A stretch of DNA of 61,839 nucleotides, the filler included. It is 5 parts of 5 records of this genome, joined end to end, with 100 filler letters (N's around TTAATTAATTAA, not from the genome) between each part and the next. Parts side by side here need not be neighbours in the genome. Positions count along the whole stretch, not along the records: positions 16,915 to 37,586 come from SRR20825010_916; positions 37,687 to 47,689 come from SRR20825010_923; 3 more parts are not named here. One strand, 5' to 3'. A program made the translations under genes and the position numbers. The number at the start of each line of letters is the position of its first letter. The first letter of the stretch is position 1. Shown here piece after piece: positions 30,206-39,392 of this stretch. The notes beneath the pieces were generated by a model, which did no database searches, was not told the origin of the DNA, and was given only the letters and a program-made list of their open reading frames with translations.

Positions 30206-30625
30206 ATGAAACGTCTCGCCCTGGCCATTTTCCTGGCTTTAGGAACCCCGGCGCTCGCAGCCGAGCCCGTGACCATTTGGCGCAGTCCCAGCTGCGGCTG
30301 CTGCGACGCTTATGCCGAATACCTGCGGGCGGAAGGCTTCGAGGTCACCGTGATCGATGATCATGACTTCGTGGCCCGCTCTGTCGCCGCGGGCGTCCCC
30401 AAGCAGGGGGTGGGCTGCCACCTTGCCAAGATCGACGGCTATGTCGTCAGCGGTCTGGTTCCCGCCGAGCTCATCGAGCGGCTGCTTGAGGAACGTCCCG
30501 AAATCACTGGCATTACGCTGCCCGGCATGCCCGCCAACGCACCGGGGATGGCGCCTGAGAAGACCGGCACGCTACGCACTTACTCATTCGGACCCAAAGG
30601 AGTGACGGTCTATGCCGATGAATGA
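30206..30625 (+). CDS. CopG/CutG-like DUF411 periplasmic copper protein
   Basis: Signal peptide, SPSCGCC, GCH and PGMP motifs. Confidence 0.85.
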   Translation: MKRLALAIFLALGTPALAAEPVTIWRSPSCGCCDAYAEYLRAEGFEVTVIDDHDFVARSVAAGVPKQGVGCHLAKIDGYVVSGLVPAELIERLLEERPEITGITLPGMPANAPGMAPEKTGTLRTYSFGPKGVTVYADE

Positions 30626-30721
30626 CATCACACTCACCCCGGAGACAGGCTCGGGCGCTGAATTCTTACACTACCTCGCCGGGTTGGCTGCATGGCGCGA
30701 TGATAACTGGGAGGCAGGCTG

Positions 30722-30862
30722 ATGGGCGACTGTATGAGCCAGATGATGAGCGGGTCCATGATGGGCATGATGCTGGGTGGCGGACTCGTCCTGTTGCTGC
30801 TGATCGTGGTGCTGGTCCTCGCGACGGCAGCGCTGATCAGATATCTGCGGAGGCCCGAATGA
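30722..30862 (+). CDS. Small Met-rich single-TM protein (46 aa), absent from the ORF track
   Basis: MGDCMSQMMSGSMMGMMLGGGLVLLLLIVVLVLATAALIRYLRRPE; GGAGG RBS; ATGA overlap with the next gene. Confidence 0.75.
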   Translation: MGDCMSQMMSGSMMGMMLGGGLVLLLLIVVLVLATAALIRYLRRPE

Positions 30863-31344
30863 CGCGCCGGGCTCCCATCGCAGCGGCCGTCGCTGTTGTG
30901 GCGGCGATCGGTGCGGCAGGCTGGAACGCGGCGGCTCAACAAGCGACGGACGTCGAGAGCCTGACTTTCCTCGGCAAGACGGTCACCGCGGCGCAGTTAG
31001 TGCTTGGGCAGGAGGATTACGCCGCCAATTGCGCCTCCTGCCACGGGGCAAACCTGGAAGGCCAGCCCGACTGGCGCAGGCGGAACGAGAATGGTCGTAT
31101 GCCCGCGCCTCCGCACGATGCGAACGGCCATACCTGGCACCATGCCGACCGCCAGTTGTTCACCATAACCAAGCTCGGTGTGAGCGCCATCGTGCCTGGC
31201 TACGAGAGCGACATGCCCGCCTTCGAGGGCATCCTTTCCGATGACGAAATCGTCGCAGTCCTAGCCTTCATCAAGAGCACCTGGCCCGAGCGCGAGCGCG
31301 GATTCCAGGCCGAAGTGACGGCGAATGACGAGGGCGGGTCATGA
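30859..31344 (+). CDS. Monoheme cytochrome c
   Basis: Signal peptide, CASCH, GHTWHH and distal Met in SDMPAF. Confidence 0.9.
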   Translation: MTRRAPIAAAVAVVAAIGAAGWNAAAQQATDVESLTFLGKTVTAAQLVLGQEDYAANCASCHGANLEGQPDWRRRNENGRMPAPPHDANGHTWHHADRQLFTITKLGVSAIVPGYESDMPAFEGILSDDEIVAVLAFIKSTWPERERGFQAEVTANDEGGS

Positions 31345-31919
31345 GCGACGGAGCCCGTCATGTCGCTCGCCCTGTGGGCGGAAGGTTGCTCGCGATAATC
31401 CCCCTCGCCATCGCTGCGCTGCTCTTCGCCGCCTTATACTGGGGGCTCTGGAACAAGGACGACCGGCTGCCCTCGACGCTGATCGGGCGATCAGTGCCAG
31501 ATTTCGCCCTGCCGCCGATCGAAGGGCGCGACAACGGTCTTTCGTCGGAGGACCTGCGCGGCCAGGTCTCCATCGTGAACGTCTGGGCTTCCTGGTGCGT
31601 GCCCTGTCGCGTGGAGATGCCCCTCCTAGTCGAACTGGCCCAGACCGGGACTGTTCCGATCCACGGGATCAATTACAAGGACGCTCCCGACGCGGCGCTC
31701 GGATTTCTCGCGGAGCTCGGCGACCCCTATACCCGGACCGGCGCCGACCGGAACGGGCGCGTCTCCATCGACTGGGGTGTTTACGGCCTGCCCGAGACCT
31801 TCGTTATCGATGGCGAAGGACGTATCGCCTATAAGCATGTTGGCGCCTTTGACCGCCGCGCGCTGGAGGACGAGATCTTGCCCGTCGTCCGCCGGTTGCA
31901 GGCCGAGGACGGATTATGA
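31341..31919 (+). CDS. DsbE/CcmG thiol:disulfide oxidoreductase
   Basis: TM anchor, NVWASWCVPC and GVYGLPETF. Confidence 0.92.
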   Translation: MSDGARHVARPVGGRLLAIIPLAIAALLFAALYWGLWNKDDRLPSTLIGRSVPDFALPPIEGRDNGLSSEDLRGQVSIVNVWASWCVPCRVEMPLLVELAQTGTVPIHGINYKDAPDAALGFLAELGDPYTRTGADRNGRVSIDWGVYGLPETFVIDGEGRIAYKHVGAFDRRALEDEILPVVRRLQAEDGL

Positions 31920-32437
31920 GGCGGCGTGACCTGCTTGCCGGTGCGCTGGCATTTGCCGCCACGCCCGCCGCCGCACGACCATTGATGCCGTTGCACGAGA
32001 CCCCGCGCGAGATGCTCTCGATGCCCTTCGTGGATGGCGACGGGCGGGACCTGACGCTGGCGGATTTTCGGGGCCGCGTTGTTTTATTGAACGTTTGGGC
32101 CACTTGGTGCGCGCCCTGCCGCGAGGAGATGCCGACACTTGACCGTCTGCAGGCGAAGCTTGGCGGTGACGATTTCCACGTCCTTCCCCTCTCCATTGAC
32201 CGTGCGGGGCTTGGGCCGGTGCTGCGCTTTTACAACGAGATTGGCATCCTACATTTGGGCCAGTACCTCGCCGAAGACATACGCGCGATGCGCGCCCTTG
32301 CCGTCATTGGCCTGCCCACGACTCTGCTAATCGACCGGCAGGGGCTCGAACGCGGTCGCCTGATGGGTCCCGCCGAATGGGACAGCGCAGAGGCGATCGC
32401 ACAATTCCAGACCATCATCGCTGAAAGGAACAGATGA
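31916..32437 (+). CDS. TlpA-family disulfide reductase
   Basis: MRRRDLL Tat-like signal, NVWATWCAPC.EEMP and GLPTT. Confidence 0.9.
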   Translation: MRRRDLLAGALAFAATPAAARPLMPLHETPREMLSMPFVDGDGRDLTLADFRGRVVLLNVWATWCAPCREEMPTLDRLQAKLGGDDFHVLPLSIDRAGLGPVLRFYNEIGILHLGQYLAEDIRAMRALAVIGLPTTLLIDRQGLERGRLMGPAEWDSAEAIAQFQTIIAERNR

Positions 32438-32715
32438 TCATGCCTAACATATCTTATGACCAGGACACCATCCGACCGAGGGGTTTCTCGATTCCATTCG
32501 GACGCCGCGGCCTCATCCTCAGCGCTATGGCGCTGATAGGAGCAGGCTTGTGGCTCAATTGGGGCTGGGTGGCCGCGATCGGCGCTGCCCCCCTGATCCT
32601 TGCCGTCGCCCCCTGCGCCGCCATGTGCGGATTGGGTCTCTGCATGATGGGCGGCTCGAAATCCTGCGCCACCCAAAAGAATTCGGACGCTGGTCCGGAA
32701 ACTGCGAGAGAGTGA
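32434..32715 (+). CDS. Small Cys/Met-rich membrane protein (DUF2933-like)
   Basis: Two TM segments followed by PCAAMCGLGLCMMGG; ATGA coupling. Confidence 0.65.
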   Translation: MIMPNISYDQDTIRPRGFSIPFGRRGLILSAMALIGAGLWLNWGWVAAIGAAPLILAVAPCAAMCGLGLCMMGGSKSCATQKNSDAGPETARE

Positions 32716-32743
32716 TCCTCGCCCCACCAAAAGGAGCAATCCA

Positions 32744-33028
32744 ATGAAAACGATTCAGAAACACGCATTAGCCGCCGTTCTTGGCCTCGGGCTCACCACC
32801 TCTGCGGCTCTGGCGCAGGCCAATGGCCCCGACATGCCCAAGGAGCCGATGCAGGGCATGATGGGCGGCGATATGCAGGGCATGATGCAGATGATGCAGG
32901 CCATGGGTCCGATGATGGAGGCCTGCACCGACATGATGCAGCAGATGGCGCATCATCAACCCGCCCATCCCGACAGTGCGACGCCCCCGGCCGATCAGGA
33001 CACGACCACAGCGCCCGAGGGCGGCTGA
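32744..33028 (+). CDS. Met-rich periplasmic protein
   Basis: AAGGAG RBS, signal peptide, MQGMMGGDMQGMMQMMQAM...C.DMMQQMAHH. Confidence 0.75.
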   Translation: MKTIQKHALAAVLGLGLTTSAALAQANGPDMPKEPMQGMMGGDMQGMMQMMQAMGPMMEACTDMMQQMAHHQPAHPDSATPPADQDTTTAPEGG

Positions 33029-33086
33029 CATCAAGACGCCCGGGCTGCGCCGCCGCCCGGGCGACCACCCTGAAGGACACGATTCG

Positions 33087-33743
33087 ATGCACACCACGTC
33101 CAACTCAGATGTCTTGCGACGTATCCGGCGCCTGCTCTGGGCTGCCGTTGCTATATCCGTTCTGGCTTTCGGCGGCGCGGCTCTCTGGCGCGCCCAGACC
33201 CCTTCCGATCTCCCGGCGCCGCGTGTAACGGGCGAGGCCGCGATCCTGAACGCTTATACGCTGACCGAACATACCGGTCGCACGGTGACGGCAGACGCCT
33301 ATGCCGGGCGCTGGCAACTGGTCTTCTTTGGCTTCACTTTCTGCCCTGACATTTGTCCGACGACACTTGCCTATATGGCCAGCATCATGGATTGGCTGGG
33401 ACCGGAGGCAGACCGCGTCGCGCCGATATTCGTTACCGTGGATCCGGCACGCGATACGGTCGACGTGATGGCTGACTATGTTGCGGCGTTCCACCCCCGT
33501 CTGATCGGCCTGACTGGAACAGAAGCACAAACCGCCGAGGCTGCTGCCAACTTCCTGGTCTGGTACGAGCGGGCCGAGGATGCCGCCGCGCCAGACGGCT
33601 ATCTCATGGCGCATTCCGGATATATCTACCTGATGCGTCCCGATGGCCGATTTGAAACCATCTTCCGGGAGGGTGATCAGCCGCCGAAGAAACTCGCCGA
33701 AGAGATTTCCGTGCGCATCAAGAAGGACGACAGAGCCGAATGA
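33087..33743 (+). CDS. SCO1/SenC copper chaperone
   Basis: FFGFTFCPDICP, TVDPARD and MAHS motifs. Confidence 0.92.
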   Translation: MHTTSNSDVLRRIRRLLWAAVAISVLAFGGAALWRAQTPSDLPAPRVTGEAAILNAYTLTEHTGRTVTADAYAGRWQLVFFGFTFCPDICPTTLAYMASIMDWLGPEADRVAPIFVTVDPARDTVDVMADYVAAFHPRLIGLTGTEAQTAEAAANFLVWYERAEDAAAPDGYLMAHSGYIYLMRPDGRFETIFREGDQPPKKLAEEISVRIKKDDRAE

Positions 33744-34177
33744 AGCTTTTTCTTGCAGCGGCCTCTCTTGCCGTATTCCCCATAGCAGTATTGGCGGAGG
33801 TGGTCGTGACCGACCCCTGGGCGCGTGCCAGCATTCTCGCTTCCCGCCCGGGAGCCGCCTACCTGACCCTCGTCAGCGACATGGACGACCGGCTTTTGTC
33901 GGCCACAACACCGGCAGCCGGTCAGGTAATGATGCACGCCTCCGAGACGGAGACCAACGCCATAACGCGCATGATCCATCTCGATGCACTCGACCTTCGG
34001 GCGGGGCAGACGGTGCGGTTCGCACCCGGCGGCATGCATCTGATGCTGATGGGGCTCACGGCCAAACTCGAGGAAGGCGGACAGTTTCCGCTGACCCTCA
34101 GCTTCGAGCACGCAGGTGACATTACCGTCGAGGTGCCGATCCTCGGCGTCGCATTCACAGCGCCGGAGGCAAATTGA
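33740..34177 (+). CDS. PCu(A)C copper chaperone
   Basis: W.RAS..., MH...RM and PGGMHLML motifs. Confidence 0.9.
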   Translation: MKLFLAAASLAVFPIAVLAEVVVTDPWARASILASRPGAAYLTLVSDMDDRLLSATTPAAGQVMMHASETETNAITRMIHLDALDLRAGQTVRFAPGGMHLMLMGLTAKLEEGGQFPLTLSFEHAGDITVEVPILGVAFTAPEAN

Positions 34178-34791
34178 TGAGGCTCCTCACACTTGTCGCC
34201 GCGTTGCTGATTGCGGGCATCGCACCGGTTGACGCGCATCATCCTGGCGAACGACTCGACGAAGTGATGGCCAAGAAGGAGCCGGGCTTCGAGCCAACCG
34301 ACCTACGCCGCCTGCCGCCGCTGGCGCTGACCGGAGCCGAGGGCGCCAGCCTCAATCTGGTGGATTTCGCTAACCGTATCGTCGTGCTCAGCTTTGCACC
34401 GGAGGGCTGCGGTGCGCCCTGCGCCAATCAACAGGCACTTTTGCAGGGGGTTCAGGAAGCGGTTAACATCACACCGATGCGCGACATGGTCCTGTTCGTG
34501 ACAATGGGCAGAGAGGCGGCGGATGATCCGGGTTGGCAAGCCGGAAACTGGCGTCGTGCGACGCCCACCGATGGCACGGTGGCGGAGACCGCCAGGGCAT
34601 TCGCCGCACTCTCCGCGCACGGGACGGATGCGCCCATGGTCCATATACTCGACCAAGGCGGGCGACATGCGGGCATCTTTCATGGGCCGGGCTTCGGGCG
34701 TATCAACACAGTGCTGTACATCAACGGCTTGACGAACGCGCGACCGCCCGAACCCGGGCTGCTGGACCGGTTGCTCGGAGCGTTCCGGTGA
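34174..34791 (+). CDS. Divergent SCO-like thioredoxin-fold periplasmic protein
   Basis: Signal peptide then HHPG; VVLSF...CGAPC; translationally coupled. Confidence 0.65.
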   Translation: MMRLLTLVAALLIAGIAPVDAHHPGERLDEVMAKKEPGFEPTDLRRLPPLALTGAEGASLNLVDFANRIVVLSFAPEGCGAPCANQQALLQGVQEAVNITPMRDMVLFVTMGREAADDPGWQAGNWRRATPTDGTVAETARAFAALSAHGTDAPMVHILDQGGRHAGIFHGPGFGRINTVLYINGLTNARPPEPGLLDRLLGAFR

Positions 34792-35285
34792 CAGCGCGGT
34801 CGGAGACAGAGATGGTGGCGGGGCGTGACTGGCTAGCCGCGTTGCGCCGGTATTTCGCTTTCACCGCAGTCGCGCATCTGATCTGGGAGTTCGCACATCT
34901 GCCGCTCTACACGATCTGGCTAACTGGAACGACGGGTGAGCTTGTGTTCGCTGCGGTCCACTGCACTGGCGGAGACATCCTGATCGCGCTCAGCGCAGTC
35001 ATGCTGTCCCTGTTCCTTTTCGGTAAGGGAGCATGGCCCGCGGAACGCAGAATTCCTGTCGTTGCGGGCGCGGTCGTCTTCGGACTCGTTTATACGATTT
35101 TCAGTGAGTGGTTGAACATCGAAATACGGGAAGCCTGGGCCTATCGCGACCTGATGCCGGTGATCCCGGTTCTCGGTGCCGGGCTCAGCCCGGTGCTGCA
35201 ATGGATCGTTGTCCCTCTCACCGGTTTCAGTCTTGCAAGGGTGCTCCCGACCGTCCGCCGAAGTCAGGGGACCGTCAATGTTTGA
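34788..35285 (+). CDS. Hypothetical membrane protein of copper clusters
   Basis: GTGA overlap start; about 4 TM segments; WEFAHLPLY, HCTGGD and SEWLN...W.Y...MP. Confidence 0.7.
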   Translation: MTARSETEMVAGRDWLAALRRYFAFTAVAHLIWEFAHLPLYTIWLTGTTGELVFAAVHCTGGDILIALSAVMLSLFLFGKGAWPAERRIPVVAGAVVFGLVYTIFSEWLNIEIREAWAYRDLMPVIPVLGAGLSPVLQWIVVPLTGFSLARVLPTVRRSQGTVNV

Positions 35286-36015
35286 ACTGTCCGGGATCGG
35301 ACTGATAGCTGCGTTTCTTGCCGGCGCAGTTTCCTTTGTCTCGCCCTGTGTGCTGCCGTTGGTGCCCGGCTATATCTCCTATGTCGCCGGGCATACGGCG
35401 AGTTCGATGGATATCGAGCCGTCGGATCGTCGACGACAAGCTGTTAGGATGGGCCTTTACTTCGTCGTCGGGTTTTCCACAATATTCATGGTGCTAGGCG
35501 CAAGCGCGACCGCGATCGGCCAGGTGCTGCTGAGTTACCGGTATGAACTCAACTTTGTGGGCGGTGCTATCGTAATCTTGTTCGGTCTGTTCATGATTGG
35601 CATGGCAAAGATCACAATGATGCAACGAGATATCCGTTTCCACCTGTCCGTTCCGGGTGGAAGGCCTCTTTCTGCTTATGTCCTCGGCCTCGCCTTCGGC
35701 TTTGGTTGGACTCCCTGCATCGGGCCCATCCTCGGTGCCATCCTGACAGCCAGCGCCGCATCGGCTACCGTCCCGGAAGGCGTCGCCCTGCTTGCCATCT
35801 ATTCTGCCGGATTGGGTATCCCGTTCCTCCTTGCTGCCGGCTTTACAGATCGTCTGACACGGCGGTTGCGCACCATTGGCCAGATTGGTCGGCGGCTGCA
35901 TCAAGTGGCGGGACTGGTCATGGTCGCGATGGGGATAGCCATGATGACAGGGCAGCTTTCGGTGCTGTCCTATTGGCTCCTCGATGCTTTTCCGGCCCTC
36001 GGCCGCATCGGGTAG
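35278..36015 (+). CDS. ccdA: CcdA cytochrome c biogenesis/thiol-reduction protein
   Basis: SFVSPCVLPLVPGY and FGWTPCIGPILG. Confidence 0.92.
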   Translation: MFELSGIGLIAAFLAGAVSFVSPCVLPLVPGYISYVAGHTASSMDIEPSDRRRQAVRMGLYFVVGFSTIFMVLGASATAIGQVLLSYRYELNFVGGAIVILFGLFMIGMAKITMMQRDIRFHLSVPGGRPLSAYVLGLAFGFGWTPCIGPILGAILTASAASATVPEGVALLAIYSAGLGIPFLLAAGFTDRLTRRLRTIGQIGRRLHQVAGLVMVAMGIAMMTGQLSVLSYWLLDAFPALGRIG

Positions 36016-36038
36016 CTGCCGCATTCAAATACGGATAC

Positions 36039-36069
36039 TTGACTCCGTACTATAGCACGGACCTTTAGC
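36039..36069 (+). promoter_or_regulatory. Orphan MerR-type operator
   Basis: TTGACT followed by TCCGTAC-TATA-GCACGGA; the -10 element is weak. Confidence 0.6.
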
Positions 36070-36120
36070 CATTCTCCGAGCCAATGTGAAGAAGCGGTGC
36101 ACAATCAGTTGTGCCGCAAA

Positions 36121-36660
36121 TGAAATGGGCTCGGGAACCTGGACAAGTCGCCAAAGTTCAGGGTGTATCCGGTTTAGGTTTAATCTTGCCTGCGTTTCGG
36201 GTTTGCCGCCCCAATTTGCTTCCCCGGGTGTTCTGTGTTCAAGCGCGGAGCGAGGCCGCTTGGTGTTGTAGAACTTGATCCAGTCTTCGATGACCTGTCG
36301 CGCTTGGAAACCGTCCTGAAACTTGGTGAGCGTCGTGATCCAATCGGCACTCGTGAACTGGCTGCCCTGATCCCTGTTCATAATCTCAGGCGCGTCGCGT
36401 TTGGCGAGGGCTTCATCCAAGGCTTTAACGCAGAAGCTGGCATGCATGGTGGTTCGGCCTCCGCCAGGCCAAGATGCGGCGGGTAGCCCAATTCATGACC
36501 CCGACCAGAGAGAGGAAGCCGCGCCGAAAGTGGAGGAAAGTGATGTAGGCGCACCAGACCAGATCTGGCCGGTCGACCGCCATTTCCGCCAGACGCACCA
36601 GAGCGACAATCACTATTCCACGGAACGGCCAACCGTTGCTTTTTATCGACCTTAAGAAAT
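36121..36660 (-). mobile_element. IS3-family transposase remnant (pseudogene)
   Basis: Frameshifted rve fragments VWCAYIT...WATRRILAW, PEIMNRDQGSQFTS and WIKFYNTKRP...TP, with an internal deletion. IR-like end TGAAATGGGCTCGGGAACCTGGACA at 36121. Confidence 0.8.
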
Positions 36661-36741
36661 CAGCCCGATAGATTGCGAAAACAATCAGAAGCAAAAAAAC
36701 CAAATTAGCTGATTCATGTTTTGTTCTTGGCATGATAAAAT

Positions 36742-37143
36742 TTGATTATGCTTTCACTTGTTTACCTTCGTCTGCGCCTCATTGATTCCGAGCGAAACCG
36801 CAATCGGGTTTACGAGATTGAGATCGATCGTGATCTATTTGGCGTCATTACAGTGACGTCACGATTTGGCCGACACGGATCCAAACTGCGGGATGTTGTT
36901 TCTATAGCTCGTAATCTGGATGAAGCATACCGTACCGCCGCTTGTGTTTTACGCCGGCGCCTATCCGCACGGAGGCGTCTGGGAAGTGCTTATGTGCTCA
37001 CGATGGCGGACGGCGAATGCGCACCATTGGTAAGTCATTGGCAGAAAGCCGGCGGCGCGGATCAGCGCGGGGCCGTAATTTCGCGCATTAAACAGCGAAA
37101 ACCCTATGTTTCGCCAGTCGAACTACCGTTATTCGCCGCTTAA
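36742..37143 (+). CDS. WGR-domain protein (start uncertain)
   Basis: RNRNRVYEIEIDRDLFG....SRFGRHGS matches the WGR core, with W changed to F. Confidence 0.7.
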   Translation: MIMLSLVYLRLRLIDSERNRNRVYEIEIDRDLFGVITVTSRFGRHGSKLRDVVSIARNLDEAYRTAACVLRRRLSARRRLGSAYVLTMADGECAPLVSHWQKAGGADQRGAVISRIKQRKPYVSPVELPLFAA

Positions 37144-37442
37144 GGATTTCCGGCAGCTTCTCATCCTGCAGTGTCGAATAGGCCGTCACACGCCGATGCA
37201 TGACACTGAAAACCGTCGAGGGGCTGTGCAAACCTGAAGACATTCAACTGCTTCATCTGAAGGCGGAAAAAAACTGGCAACGACAACCGCAGGAGATTGG
37301 CGCCAGGATGTCTCATACATCACATCTTGGGACACTATCCTCCAAGACCTTGACCCAAATCAATGTACGCATTCGACAACTGACCTAAGTTCCATGAAAG
37401 CGGTGATCTTTTTTTGCACAGCATCCATGAAAGGACGACGCC

Positions 37443-37586
37443 ATGAGACTGACAGTGAAGTTACCCGAATTGGCATTGGCAGGGGTTTTTATCGTATCGG
37501 TGGCCGCGACGGCTATCGCGCACGGTCCCGACTCTCAGGGCAGCGGCCAAGGACAGATGCCGATGATGGACCGTGGCATGATGGGT
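37443..37586 (+). CDS. Exported Met-rich protein, truncated by contig end
   Basis: AAGGA RBS, signal peptide ending AIA-HG, then QMPMMDRGMMG. Confidence 0.6.
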
Positions 37587-37686
37587 NNNNNNNNNNNNNN
37601 NNNNNNNNNNNNNNNNNNNNNNNNNNNNNNTTAATTAATTAANNNNNNNNNNNNNNNNNNNNNNNNNNNNNNNNNNNNNNNNNNNN
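37587..37686. other. Artificial contig linker
   Basis: N44-TTAATTAATTAA-N44. Confidence 0.97.
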
Positions 37687-38867
37687 CCCGCCTGCGCCCA
37701 GCCCCAGGGAATGTTGCTGTGGCTATTGGGCGTGCCGATATCGTCGAGACGTTCAACGGCGGCATCCACATCTTCGCGAATGCCGTTGAACCATTTCATT
37801 TCGTCGAAGACGCCTGTCGCACCGCCCTCTTGGCTGGCCCCATTGTCCGACATGAGGATGAAAAGCGTGTTGTCCCACTGGCCAATATCTTTAAGGAACT
37901 GCATGAGACGACCGATCTGGTCGTCAGTATGTTCCAGCATGGCGGCAAAGGCTTCCTGCAGTCGGGCGGCAAAGAGCTGCTGGTTCTTGCTGAGGTCGGC
38001 CCAGGGCTTCACGCCCGGATTGAGCGGCGCGAGTTTTGTGTTTTCGGGCACGATGCCCATCTGCTTCTGGCGTGCGAACCATTCGTCACGGGCCACATCC
38101 CAGCCGGCATCGAATTTGCCGCGCCATTTGTCGAGATAGGATTGCGGTGCCTGATGCGGTGCGTGCATGGCCCCGAAAGCCGTGTAAAGGAAGAAAGGTT
38201 TTTCCGGCACCAGCGAAGTGATGTCGCGGATCATGCCCATGGACTTGTCCACGATGTCTTCCGACACATGGTAGCCCTGTTCCGGTGTGCCCGGCACGGG
38301 AACAAAATGATTGTCGCTGGTCAGTTCGGGATAAAACTGATCGGTCTCGCCTTGCAGAAAACCGTAATAACGATCGAAGCCTTTTTGCAGCGGCCAGTTG
38401 GTGTAGGGACCGGCGGCTGAACATTCCGACATGGGGGCCAGATGCCATTTGCCAGTGGCGAAAGTGGCATAACCATTGTCACGTAAAATCTCGGCCAGCG
38501 TGCCTGCACTTTTCGGGATGGCACCGCGCATATTGGGAAAGCCGGTATCGAAATTCGAAACGCCGCGCATGCCGACCGCATGCGGATTGCGGCCCGTGAG
38601 CACGCAAGCGCGTGTGGGCGAACACAGCGCTGTTGTGTGAAAGCCGTTGAAGCGCACACCGCCTGCGGCCAACGCATCCATGTTGGGTGTCTTCATGGTG
38701 GAACCGTAGCAACCCAGATGCGAAAAGCCCGTATCATCCAGCACGACGATGACGACATTCGGCGCGTCCTTGGGTGTTTTCGTATCCGGCCACCACGGTT
38801 CTGATTCATAAACCGTGCGTCCGATTTTGCCGCCGAACTCTTCGCCTGATGGAATTTTAGTCGCCAC
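37687..38867 (-). CDS. Cys-type arylsulfatase (no signal peptide), 3' partial
   Basis: GTG start with GGGAGG RBS; PNVV...DDTG, CSPTR..LTGR, GKWHL and SDNG motifs. Confidence 0.92.
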
Positions 38868-39085
38868 TCCAGCCTCCCGCCTGAATTGATGGACACCATT
38901 AAAATGGAGTCTAGGCGGGATGGAGCAGGCTGGAAAGCCAAAAGTTCTCAGCGTTCCGTGTAACGGAACAGCGGACCGGCACTGATTTCCCGAATAAGGC
39001 CACGCGGACAATCCGGCCTATGATGGCCGCGGTCCGTGATCAGATGAAGATGCGCAGGACGGCAAACGGATATTGGCGAGGGACT

Positions 39086-39382
39086 ATGGCGAAGGGGTAC
39101 TGGATTGCGCGACTGGATGTGCACAATGACGAAGGCTACAGGCCTTATGCCGAGGCGAATAATGCCATCTTCAGAAAGTTTGCAGGCAGGGTGATTGTGC
39201 GAGGCGGCAGGTTCGAGTGTCCTGAAGGAAACGCAAGATCGCGCAATGTCGTGGTGGAATTTCCCGACTATGCGACAGCTCTCGCCTGCTATAACTCGCC
39301 GGAATACCAAGCCAATATCAAACGACGAAAACCACATTCCGATGGCGATATTCTGATTATCGAAGGCTATGACGGATCATAG
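39086..39382 (+). CDS. DUF1330 family protein
   Basis: GR..VRGG...EG...R.VVVEFP...A.ACYNSPEYQ. Confidence 0.88.
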   Translation: MAKGYWIARLDVHNDEGYRPYAEANNAIFRKFAGRVIVRGGRFECPEGNARSRNVVVEFPDYATALACYNSPEYQANIKRRKPHSDGDILIIEGYDGS

Positions 39383-39392
39383 GCCCAGCCCG

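Noticed and set aside
30622-30858. 79-aa N-terminal extension of the cytochrome c in the ORF track
   Set aside because: Better explained by the 46-aa ORF in another frame plus a start at 30859.
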